The notes under the pieces were generated by a model. That model was not told the DNA's origin, did no database searches, and saw nothing but the letters and a program-made list of their open reading frames with translations. Below, in pieces: positions 50,901 through 63,168 of a stretch of 64,000 nt of DNA (position 1 is its first letter; each line of letters opens with the position of its first letter). The translations under genes were made by a program, and so were the position numbers. The DNA comes from Ostrea edulis (Eukaryota): NCBI RefSeq assembly GCF_947568905.1, contig NC_079170.1, positions 15,748,001 through 15,812,000 on the forward strand, given 5' to 3'.

Positions 50901-51347
50901 CACTTAGCTATACTTAGTTGTATAAGGTATCTCATCATGTTATTTCATAATCCTCCCTTAAAAGCCAACCACCCACTGTCGGTTGTGCTTGATCAGAATT
51001 ATAATGCTCTCACTGTGCGAGCAATACAAATCTATAATCGTTAGAAGCTATTGCGTGAATAGAAAGATTCATTTTCAACTTTTAAACTTCCACACGTTAT
51101 TTCTAATTAGTGACAATTGTACTTACATAAACATCGCCTTAGATCTGTCATTGTCTCTTTCCAAATATCGCCGCGATTGCTTAATTTTTACGATGGGAAT
51201 TTCTAATTGTAAGGAAAAGGTATCAGCACAGCTTTTTCCACATCAAAAGCCATGGAAAACACTGAAAAAGTTCTTCCTGGTCAAACAAGAAATACGCGAG
51301 TTTGTGGAATTACCCATGCATGGAGTTAATACTGCGGAAGCAATTAA

Positions 51348-54300
51348 GAGCAGTTTTCTGTAAGGACCAAAATATTGCGGCACGCACTGAAAAATTTTCC
51401 ACTATAAATGTCGTCATTCAATTGAAATACATAAACTCTTTAAAAAATATTTGTACACCTATTCTGAAAAGTGACTCGTTTCCATAGCAACAGGCTATTT
51501 AAATAGAAAAAAACAGGAAAAATGGAGTTTTGAGAATTTTTCACTTCAATTTATTATATCGCGAATAATTGACAAGGAATTTTATGCTACATCCTGAGAC
51601 AAAGTAGTAACAATCTTGATCAGTATGTAAATTTATCTGGAAATTGTATCATTATTGTACCACAGCTCATAATTCAGACTCAAATGACCAGTTTTACTGT
51701 GTACTTTGACCAACTCCTGAGCAAAAAGCCAGCCATATGGAAGATAATAAAATATAAATTTAAAAAGAAGGTAAATCAGTTATATAATGCAGATAAAAAA
51801 AATCAATGGGCAAATTACATTTTATAATAGAAATTTGGCATGGAAAATATGAATTTGTTGAATTTGCACATTGAGTTATCTCCCTTTGCGGAATTTCTAA
51901 TGTAGGAGATAATAAGTAGTGTTATTGTTAACAGGAGGGAAAGGAAAGAAATGCAGAAAACATGTGTTTTTAGGGTATTTTAAACATCTTTGACCATTAC
52001 TATATATGTACTGGATGTATTCAAGTGTGAAGGAGTTGATAAATACACACTGCATGTAGTGAAGAGGGTTTCCTGAAAAATTAACTTCATTGAATATGAA
52101 TTCAAAGCTCAGCTTGTGTCTACATGTGTACATATATGCACCCGATTTACGCTGTTATATGGTTCGTTCTGTATTTTCCCATTTATTGACGGACGCTTGC
52201 AACCGACATGTTTAATCAACAAACACTGCTACTACGAAAAAAGTGTATTCATGCCAGTTGGAGAACACAGGTTCACGTAAGTACTGCTTGTAGATACATT
52301 GATAATGTAACATTACCTCACAATGACACGATCTGTTTCTCAGTAAATTAGTGATCAAGTAAATGCATGCAAAATTCATGTTATTTCACTGGACCAGGGT
52401 GAAAATATAATAAATATTTTCTAATGGAGATAATGCTTTTGAGACAGAAGGAGGGAGGGGGGTAAAAGACGGGCGAGGGGGTTGTATTGTAATCTTAAAA
52501 TAAGTAATATACCTGACTGGTTTATTTAACATTAACAATGTTAATTTCACCTACTTTTCAATATTTAAGGTTAAGATAAATGTTATATTTATTCTAATAG
52601 TGTTCAAAACATTTGTTCATCACGTACATTAAAAACAGATTGTTCTATTCATGTGAATTATGAAAATGAAACTTTCAGTTTCTCCCCCCCTCTCTCTCTC
52701 GTGATATAATAACAGTGATGATAATGCTTTTAAAAAAGAAACAATGTCTGTAAATTATTTCAATGACCACATGCCTTATATAGTTTGTGATGAATTTCAT
52801 TAAATTTTGACAAATTGTGCGTTTTTCTTCTTCTAGGATTTGTGTTGGAAAATGGAGATTCTAGAGAATTTATCGAATTCAAGTGACAACAATAATAAGG
52901 TACATGTACATGTATATGCTATTGTATTACTTGAAATGTGCACCTGTATAATATGTGTACAGTTGTTCCATTGACAATGCATATCTATATAAATAATAAA
53001 CTATCCCTTCTCATAATTATTTACCATAGACCCAAATTTCAAAATAATTTGCTCAAGGTCACAGATAACAGAGAATAGAATCATTTGTTGCTGCATCACT
53101 TTTTGAATTAGTTAATGTCAAGGTTTCAAAATATTTAGAGTTGTAGCTTTGTATCAGAGAGGCATGAATCAATACACTAAATGCACAAACATGTACTTAC
53201 AGGGGGACCAGAAAGTGTGCATGAACCATAAACTGAGGTCACTTGCAGATATCATTAAAAGATGTGGTCTATATTGACTTTTTTAAGTGTATGATACCAT
53301 AACATCACACATACTGCGGGGTGATATGGGGGGGGGGGGGCGTATATAATCCAAGACCGTCAGATGTTCGAGGTTAATATTGGTTGGTTATGGTTGTTTG
53401 TTTTATATTCTATTAAAAGAACTTTCATTATATTGAGATATCACTAGCTGTAGGTGAAGTACCACAAAATTAGACCTATACTTAGCCCTCAGGGCCGTAG
53501 AAATGAGGGTTCTTTAACGTGCCACCGTCTGCCGTGACACGGGACCTCCGTTTTAAAGGTAATATCCAAAAGACCTGTGATTCTCACTTTTGAATACCAA
53601 GCGTTTGACAAATAAGCAATCATTGTTAATTGGAGAAAAATCCTGCATTCAAACATTTTCTCAGTAATGCTTGATGTATATACATGTACATGTGACTTTT
53701 ATTTGGTTTACAACAATTTTCAGATGCTCTGGACTACCCCCCCCCCCCAAAAAGAAGAAAACTTTATTGTATAAATCTTAATCTTAGCCTGAGATTGCAC
53801 AACATATCTTTGAAAATTAAAGAAACGAAGGGATTAGTAGAAATTAAATGATTTTTGTTGTTGGTTGGTTGATTGATATTGTCTAACGTTTTCCACTTAC
53901 ACGAAGACGTCATCATCGGCAGTGGAAAGATTGCAAAATTTAGGTCAATGCGCGGCGGTTGGGCCTTTGAGTACACGTAGGAATGGATCTTTATTGTGTC
54001 ACACCTGCTGCGACAAGGGGCCTTGGGTTTTGCGGTCTCATCCGAAGGAACACCCCCATTTAATCGCCTTTTACGACAAGCAAGGGGTATTGAGGTCAAT
54101 TTTCTACCATTTTTGATAAGGTGAAATTAACAAAATGACGCAAATTTTAAGGGTTTTTGGTAACAAATTTAAGTTTTCCCAGTAAAAGTCATGCCCCTTA
54201 AATCTGCCACTGCATACACTACCCACCATAAATAATTATACACATAAGCTTTTTACACATTTTGGAATGAAATATATTCACTATAATGAAAAGGAGCTGA

Positions 54301-56794
54301 ATCCACTATGTATATCTTTTAATTTATCTCAGTAAAATAATCATTTATTATATGTGAAACAATATTGGACATTCAATATTTTTGGCTTAGTCTGTTAAAT
54401 TGTGATATTTATTTACTTTCGGTGAAAAATCAAAAGATCTTATAAAAGTACACATTAAATACACAATAATACGTATAAGAAATTAGTTTGAATTTTTTTC
54501 AAGATAAAGGTTAACATAATATCTCTTTTTCGAAAATTCAGAAAATGGAGTATTTTGATTGAAAATAAGGATATAAAAAGTTAAAAGACCAATAGAAATC
54601 TGTATCTATGATGTAACCCATATATTGTATGCGCAAGTAACTTGTTTTGTTGAGTGTATACTTATTTATGGTGGGCAGTGTAGGGATACTGGAACAATTG
54701 CACATGTACTGGAAAATGAATTTTTATTAATATTTTTACATGTATCAGATATAAATTTCTAGTAGAAAACTTATCAAGAATTGGAATATATTGTATGCAT
54801 ATGTGTAAGTATGTGATATTTGTGTGCAATGGAGATATTCATTCTACAGGCAGTTTTTATGTGATTTAGGTTATACGTTACATCAGCTAATGTCGACTAG
54901 CCAGACATACATAACCAGGATGCACAGTCAGAAGAAATCCAGAGTATTCAGATTTGTCAATTCATTTTGGATTAACCCCAGTTTAATGATTTTAAAGTTT
55001 TTTTTTCAACTTTTGTCAGTGCACAGCAATGCTTTACAGTAGGAACTTTCAATATCTGATCATTGAGCAGAAGACACAAAGTGAAATCTTACAAACATGT
55101 ACTTAAGTACTGTGTTTCCTACTATGTAAGATTGATCTATCTTGTTTATTTAATTATGATTCAATTTCAAGGCGAAATTTACTGTCATTTTTCGTAAGCA
55201 ATACTAGGAAATATTGACAATTTTAGGTATGAATTTTAGCTGATCTTTGCTAGGAAAGCTATGATATATAGAAAAAACATTTATGTAATGTCTAAGAAAA
55301 TTTCTTTTTTGTTAAATTATCCTATTTATACATGTGCCTACTGTAACCTTGACCTTTGGCATAGACGACCGTAAAAAAAATAATTTTATTTCTTCTGAAA
55401 ACATGTTCCCTTTGATCAAGATGCAATCAGTAATAAGAAAGTTACGATTATCTTTTTAAAAAAAATGTTAGTTTCGCAGAGGAAATTCAGACTTGATTCT
55501 TGAATGCATTTGTAATTTATTTTGGTCATTTTTTTTGGTTATTTTTGTTGTTGTTATTTAATTCAAATTTTGGGAAACAAATAGAGATAATGAAATATGG
55601 TGAAAAATTGCTATCATTTAAGATGGCATGGGAAGTTTGTAGTCAGCTGAAAATTGCTACAAGGCTGTGTTATATATTTGACAGAAGAAATTCGGATTAA
55701 GTTCTTAAATTGTAAAGTTGTATGATAATTGTAGGTCAATATTTGCTTTGAAAAAAAAGTGGATGTAAAGCTATAAAATTGAAGTCTAATATTCAATGCT
55801 AAAAGAAAACACAGCAAATATGCACCACTATCTTTATATTTCCTGTTCTCCTTGTTAAATCTAATAGTTAAAAGAATGCATCTTTAAAATTGATTTTGTT
55901 GAAAGGGTTGCTATGGCAACTATTTTTTTTTTCAATTGATATATTGATACCTGCAATTCTGAATTAAATCTTATTTTGAAGTTGAATTTGAATATTCTAA
56001 TTGTTGAAACTGGCTGGTTTATCAATTCAATATTAGACATAATTCTACCGTTTTTTCAAGAGTTTTGTTGCCATAACAACCGTTTTATCAATTATATTTC
56101 GATCTCTTTATGTCAATTTTACTGTTGAAAAATAAGTAATCAATCAGTTTGATAAGATAGTGTCGTGATTATGTGCATAATAAAAATGTATTCAAACTTT
56201 GATAAAGAAGGAAATTTGAAAATTTGAATTTTATGCATTTCTTGTATATTTATAGAATTTTCATATATGATTTGTCCACTGATTTTATTCCATAATATGC
56301 AATACTGAGGTTAGTTCTATGCAACTATAATATTCATATTGCTGTAAGGTGCTGGCTTGTCCTGTGAATAGGTGGTGAACATAGCAATTTTCATCAATTT
56401 TTGTGCACTTGACAAAAAGCCGTTCAGATGTGTTTCCATGACAACGTTATCTAATTCGTTGTTAACGATAAAATGCAAACTTATGTGAATTTTCAGCTAT
56501 TGATATGTTAATTTACCTATACTGATTTCAAAGATAGAGAATAGTTGCTGTTTATTTAGCTATTGGGCTTGTAAAAATGTAAGTTTTTACAATTATAGCT
56601 TTGAATTAGAGTGCCACCAATGGTCAAAATCCACTACCATGGTTTTCATGGCAACCATGCATAACAATAATAAAATATGTTTGATTTCTGTCATTTTGTG
56701 GGGAACTTTCTTTAATCTGTAAGTTTTATCAAAATATGAGACAATGTGTGCCGGACCCCTTCAGAATTGTTTATGTCGTTACAGAGAATTGCTC
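51348..56794. mobile_element. 5.4-kb TTAA-TSD DNA transposon, Kolobok-like, decayed/non-autonomous
   Basis: TTAA at 51344-47 and 56795-98. Imperfect TIR GAGCAGTTTTCTGTAAGGAC / GAGCAATTCTCTGTAACGAC (17/20). The paralogous empty site GCAA-TTAA-AAG is at 44903-44913. Purine-purine termini fit Kolobok rather than piggyBac (CC). Contains later SINE insertions; no transposase ORF seen. Confidence 0.8.
52837..52899 (+). other. Candidate small exon (ATG at 52852, MEILENLSNSSDNNNK) inside the Kolobok-like element
   Basis: Good polypyrimidine/AG acceptor and GTACAT donor; an upstream donor GTAAGT at ~52277. No downstream coding exon could be identified. Confidence 0.3.
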
Positions 56795-56887
56795 TTAAAA
56801 GCTAAATGTTTCTTTCCAGAGGTTAATGTTACATTATTTTTCTATTTCTATAGTAACCATATTTCCATCTACACCACAGGAGCATTA

Positions 56888-57797
56888 CGTCAGGAATCCT
56901 GTCATTTCTGTTAGATCAAGGGAAGGGATTATTCTCACTGCTGATAGATCACACAGAAGTCAGGAATCCTGCTATTTCTGTTAGATCAAGGGAAGGGAGT
57001 ATTCTCACTGCTGATAGATCACACAGAAGTCAGGAATCCTGCTATTTCTGTTAGATCAAGGGAAGGGATTATTCTCACTGCTGGTAGATCACACAGAAGT
57101 CAGGAATCCTGCTATTTCTGTTAGATCAAGGGAAGGGAGTATTCTCACTGCTGATAGATCACACAGAAGTCAGGAATCCTGCTATTTCTGTTAGATCAAG
57201 GGAAGGGATTATTCTCACTGCTGATAGATCACACAGAAGTCAGGAATCCTGCTATTTCTGTTAGATCAAGGGAAGGGAGTATTCTCACTGCTGATAGATC
57301 ACACAGAAGTCAGGAATCCTGCTATTTCTGTTAGATCAAGGGAAGGGAGTATTCTCACTGCTGATAGATCACACAGAAGTCAGGAATCCTGCTATTTCTG
57401 TTAGATCAAGGGAAGGGATTATTCTCACTGCTGATAGATCACACAGAAGTCAGGAATCCTGCTATTTCTGTTAGATCAAGGGAAGGGAGTATTCTCACTG
57501 CTGATAGATCACACAGAAGTCAGGAATCCTGCTATTTCTGTTAGATCAAGGGAAGGGAGTATTCTCACTGCTGATAGATCAAACAAAAGTCAGGAATACT
57601 GCTATTTCTGTTAGATCAAGGGAAGGGATTATTCTCACCGCTGATAGATCAAACAAAAGTCAGGAATACTGCTATTTCTGTTAGATCAAGGGAAGGGAGT
57701 ATTCTCACTGCTGATAGATCACACAGAAGTCAGGAATCCTGCTATTTCTGTTAGATCAAGGGAAGGGACTATTCTCACTGTTGATCGATCACACAAA
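56888..57797. repeat. 70-bp minisatellite, 13 copies
   Basis: Unit AGTCAGGAATCCTGCTATTTCTGTTAGATCAAGGGAAGGGA(T/G)TATTCTCACTGCTGATAGATCACACAGA. The paralogous locus at ~45003-45073 has one unit. Confidence 0.95.
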
Positions 57798-59722
57798 AGA
57801 GAATATTCTTGTTCTATTTTATTTTTCACGGAATGGATGATAAAGTGAAGATAATGAACAGTATACTTATCTTATAAATACCACAAGAATACAAAACTGA
57901 GAGTAGGTCAACTACTGATCCTAGGATATACTACGGGAGGGATCTCGTGTCTAGGAAGAGTAAGCATCCCCTGTTGACTGGTGACACCCACCGAGAGCCT
58001 TATATTTGGATCAGGTAAATGGAGTAATCCGAAGTCAAAATCAGTGTGCAAATGATGGTCTAGCAATTAGTATGAAACACGTCAAACAGCGTTCTGCCGT
58101 ATGATAGGCCGTACTTGCAAATTAGAACATCATAATGAAATAGCATTTGCAAAGTGCTGACATTAAATGAGACAGTTGGAATACCTGAAACATTATTTGT
58201 CTTTAATCTGTAGCGATTTAAAAATCGATCATACGCAGGACATCTTTCCGCATATCAATCAGTTGAGAGATGTAAAAACCATGATGAGGGAATATTACAA
58301 GATGACTATGGGAAGGTGACGCTGGAATAGGTCGTTTGTCATGAATATCAGTGGTCTGATTGACGTTAGTGTCTATGTTCAATAAATAATCCAACTATTG
58401 ATCAGATATGGAAGACTCTATTTTCTCATATCATCACCGGTGTTAGAACGACTTTACTCAATTTGAGAGATTCATAAGAGCTTTTTTGTCTTTCACTGCT
58501 GTAACGTCTTTGATTATTTATGTGATAACTGTTTTGAATGGATTTTAGTGTCGGTCAAACAATAATCAATGAACTTAGACGGATAGTCTAAAATTGTCAG
58601 TGACGAAAGTGCTGTTAACATTTTTCAGAAATGTGTAGAAGGGTATTTTCTAAAAGACTTCCGGATTCTTGACAATTAAATACAAAATTTCTATTTCCCA
58701 ATCCTAAACAATTTTTCATTCACTTAAGAAATGTAACTTATCATTCTTTATCTGATGCATATATCAAATGAAAAACTGGACGGAAAACTTCCGAAAGGAA
58801 ATTTTCCGTCTCACAATTTTTCAGCCATATTGAATTTCTCAGTGCATTTACCAATGCATGCCATGTATATGATGTAAAAGATGTACACCAAAACGTGTAC
58901 ACCTTTGCACTACGGAAAGATGTACACTTTTTAGTTGGTGTAGACAAATCTAGCCCGCCGTTAGTAAAGGAGTCTGTAAAATATCACGTACGTCTTGTCA
59001 GTCTAACCAGTTGGTATATGCATAGATCGAATAGAAGAAGATAGTCAGGGAAACAGCTTATGTCATCAAATTATATCTGGATAAGCAAACAAAAAAAGTA
59101 ACGATGCATGCCAACTCAGTGATTATCATATGTGACAAAGATTAAGAATTGATATTGAAAATTTTCACTCATATATGCTCCTTTTAAACTGGATAAGTCC
59201 AGAGTGGAACATTATGGATCATATTCAAATAAATTGATAGACGCGTGCACGGATCAGTTTAATGTTATATTTCTGACCCAAATATACGTAGGTGTGTCCT
59301 GCAATGAATTCTAAAAATAATAAATGACATTAAATGGAGGAATTGAATCAGGTCGTGTGCATCTTGTACTTTGTGTATAATTATGGCAAATTGATAATTT
59401 CCAATTCTAAATATATAACTAATTAGTGAAATGATCATTAACGATACAAAACAATTTAAATGCAAGATCATTTTAGCCCTAATGATAAAAACAGGCATTG
59501 ACCTACATCTATTTGATAAAGGAAAGAGCTAGAGCCACGAAAGGTCAAAATCGGCCCATTCTTTGAATTTAATGAAATTGTCCAAATAGAATCTTATGAC
59601 AATGTACTTCATGAAAAAATAAAATATAGCATGATATTGCTTACTTTGATGGAAAGGGTTACTTGGAAAGTTGTCTTTGTATAACGTTGTGTCGGCAGAC
59701 GTTAACGTCATTAAAACATGTA

Positions 59723-60560
59723 CGAGGGTTGTCTCAAAATTCCGTGGACAAGCGGCGTTTTTCAATAATCTAACGTCACTGAGAAATTAAACTTTTACAA
59801 CATGAAGAGCAAACAGTTTTAAATAAAAAATATGTAAAAACAAAATTAATATTACATTTTAATTGACATTGAATAGGGAAAATTCAGGTTTTTCATTATA
59901 GGGAACCATAAAGCGGCGCAGGGTAAAAAAAAAAGGGGGGGGGGTAATATAATCGAAAAGAAATTACAATCGCTGGAGAAAAAACCCCACACTTTGTTCA
60001 TTTTATTTCTGACAGTATATTTTTATAGAGGAATTTTGTTTAGATATTCATTTATATACCTGGAAAATGTTTATCAGTATGACGGAATATTTAAATGAAT
60101 TATGATATATCGTGCAACAGTTAGATGCAAATATCCAGCGAAATGATGACGGTATTCGGGGAAAAAAGACGTCGGACCGCACGAGAGATCGAAGAAATTT
60201 TGGGAATCAGCAAATCGTCTGTTCACTGCAGTCTATCGGATAATTCATGAATGCATATAGTATGTGCACGTTGGGTACTTCGGGTTTTAAAAATGAAGAA
60301 AATCAAAGAAGGATTTTATGTTCGAAGGATTTCCTCGATCAGACGCACGAACACCGCGAGAAAATGTTGACGTCGCAGGTTGCGTCGCCGAGTACAACTT
60401 TATCGTAAATAATTAATTTTCTCAAAAAGGTAAATAAAAGTGCAAATTTTCGGTATTGGTCAACAATGGTATAATTGATAATATATAACAGGTTTTATGA
60501 AATTAAATCAATACCTTAAAAGTTAAAAGTCCAGTCCACGGAATTTTGGGACAACCCTCG
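59723..60560. mobile_element. Nested Tc1/mariner-type MITE (838 bp)
   Basis: TIR CGAGGGTTGT(C/T)(T/C)CAAAATTCCGTGGAC at both ends, TA TSD at 59721-22 and 60561-62. The left part is also present in copy 1 from 35887. Confidence 0.85.
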
Positions 60561-60688
60561 TATTTCTAATATATGTTCAACTAAAATGCTTTTTAAATAC
60601 TTCTATATTGTACAGTAGGTAGGAACAAATTCTTTTAAACATGTGTAAAAATAAAATAGCATAATGTGTCCAGTAATTAAATTGTAAG

Positions 60689-63168
60689 CTATTCCTCGAC
60701 AATACTCTCGTCGCTGTCGGATTGGTCTATTTCTTCTGGAACGTTAGTGGCGTCTTCAACAAACGATGACCAATCACGTACACCGACTCGCTCATCTGCA
60801 CTGTACATGAATCTGCCGTATCCAAGATACCACAGTATGGCGGCAATGTGGGCACACACCCCAACTACCCTCGCGCCAGTTTTGCATCTACAGTACCATG
60901 CTGTAATATCTGCCTCGGTATAAGAAATCCACAAAAGATGGGACTTCGCTGAAACGTGCCTACTTTGTAGTTTGACTTTAAGTAGATGCGGATCTTCTTG
61001 GTGAACAAAGATATCGTGGTTACCATCTAAATGTTCTTGTATGTAACTCTTAGATAGCCTCAACTGATACGTGCCGCAAGTCAGCTCTCGAAGCCGTTCT
61101 TCAGAGAGTCTGGGGAAATCCACAACTGTGGTCGCTTCCTTCCAAATAGTGGACTTTCTCGTGTCAAGATTTTCTGTTTCAACTCGCTCCTTCAGGGTAT
61201 TTACCTGGCGACTAAGGTACAACATCTTGGATGCAATAGCAACATCATCCTCTCGATCTGATGGAGAGAAAAAATTCAGAATTGGTAATTTCGATAATTA
61301 TTCCACAAAAAACTATTTACCTGTACTTTCTTGTGTAGGCAAAATGTAAACAGTATCAAATATTATAGGTCGTATGATTTTTTTAAGTACTCAAAGTCGT
61401 CGCACTCATTCATCTTGAGTTACTATCGGTAGTTATATGTAGTAATGTTTCCTTTATATTGATATTAATTAAGAAAGGAATTTTGACCAAGGGTTGCTAT
61501 TCTGCATGCACAACTTACCTCCTGACAATGGTGGAAGGAATTTGTTGGAGATGGCACAAACAATTCTGATTAAATCCCCAATATAAGGCACCTGGTTCGT
61601 TGGCAGTACTTTGTCGAAATATTTCCACCTTTTAATTCTCGCGTTAGCTGATTTTACTATCCACCCGACCTTCAATATAAATTGAAAATTGATTACAAAC
61701 GTATTATAGAGGTAACACAGAAGAAGCTCTTGCTTTTTAAAATTTTTATTATATATTCAACATATAGTGTGTGTGTGTGTGCGCGCGCGTCTGTGTGTGA
61801 GTGTCTGTGTGCGTGTGTGTTTACCTTTGTTACCAGGCGACTTAAATTAGCATCCTCTGTTGATAGCTGTTTCTCTCCACGTTTCATAAAACAAGGAATT
61901 TCAGCTCTAATTCCCAAGTCTTCCAGGAGACTTATTGCATCACGGAAACCACGGTCAAGAACAAATATATCCTCTTCACGCACCCAGTTTTTTCTGTCCT
62001 GTACATTTGTTTTGAACATATGGGTAAGAATCGCAGCATCAATATTCTTGCCGTCTGCCAGGTATGGTCCAATTGTAGTTAGAAAATATCCAGTTGTTGT
62101 GACTACAACCATAGCCTTAACCAACGGTCTCCCTTTATGTAAGCTATATGAACGTCTTTGGAATTGGAAGTTGTTACTCTTTTGGATGTAGATATAAGTT
62201 CCATCTAACACCAAGACTGCTTCGGTATTACGAGAGGAACCAAACAAGGTATGTGCCAGGGATCTAGTGTGCTTATCAATAACCTCTTCACGGGAGATGT
62301 GTTGGAGACCCAGGTTTTGTGGAACAAATGAACACACAAGAGATTGTCTTACAGAAGCTATGGCTCGGCGCAAACTCGATTTTGAGATATTGAAAATGGT
62401 AGACAACATTTTGTTTGACAGTCCAGATTTCAGTTTGAATAAAAAAATTCCAAGTGAGGTGCGGGTACTGCGAACTGGTGTGTTCCAGACATCTTTGAGT
62501 GATGCGCACAGTTCACTAAATGCATCTTTGCATATACCTGTTAAGTTCAAATAGTCACTTTCAGTGAGATTAGCCAAATCAAAATCAATCCTGTAACTAT
62601 TATGGAAGGCGACAGTCCTCAAACGTTTTAGGAGATCCAAAATAGTAGACCTGTTTAGCAATGAGGTCTTGTTTGCTTTTATTTTTGACCATACATCTGT
62701 CTTGAATTGACCATCATCCAAATGGTTTGGACAACATCTACTGCCAGCTGGTATTATAATTTCACAGTTCAAAAATACCCGAAATCTTGCATTTGGTGGG
62801 ACCACGACCATTTTTGGTCCCGGGTGCTTACACAAAAAGCAATGCGAGTGGCTCTTTGATGTAGATGGAATACACAACGAGACAGATGGGGGACTTGTGA
62901 GTACACTACTAGATCTAGGACGTTTCGGTGTTGGGCAGTAGTTGTCGTCAGCTCCTTCTTCCGATTTAGAATCTGTAGATTTTCTGTCCGAAGCGTAGTA
63001 TTTGTGTCTACATGCATTGCACAATGTGTCATGTTCATGTTTGACAGAGACAAAAAAGTGTTTTTGTAGAAAGCGAATTTCAGGTTTAGTTATTTTCCTT
63101 CTTTCTCGTGGCTTTGTTCTTTTGTTGCATAAAACACATGGAAAATACTTAGGTCCTGTTCCAGGCAT
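60689..63168 (-). CDS. DDE_Tnp_4-type transposase (N-terminal Zn-finger/THAP-like region, HTH, DDE, C-terminal SWIM-like), 3 exons, ~687 aa
   Basis: Exons 63168-61825, 61669-61519 and 61257-60689 join in frame via GT-AG introns (phases 0 and 1). Motifs VLDGTYIYIQKS, VLDRGFRDA, VGWIVKSANARIK (expected catalytic E is K) and WYCRCKTGARVVGVCAHIAAILWYLG. Confidence 0.85.

Noticed and set aside
51195-51315. NF-kB-like sites (GGGAATTTCT; GGGTAATTCC on the minus strand) in the shared upstream block
   Set aside because: Imperfect matches that are expected by chance, and one differs between the two copies. Not supportable without functional data.
59529-59765. Identical 78-aa ORFs here and at 35693-35929 as a second transposon gene
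   Set aside because: They span the TIR and the junction of the nested mariner MITE; the identity reflects recent duplication only.
61682-62554. Plus-strand ORFs 61682-62191 and 62267-62554
   Set aside because: Antisense shadows of the transposase CDS.
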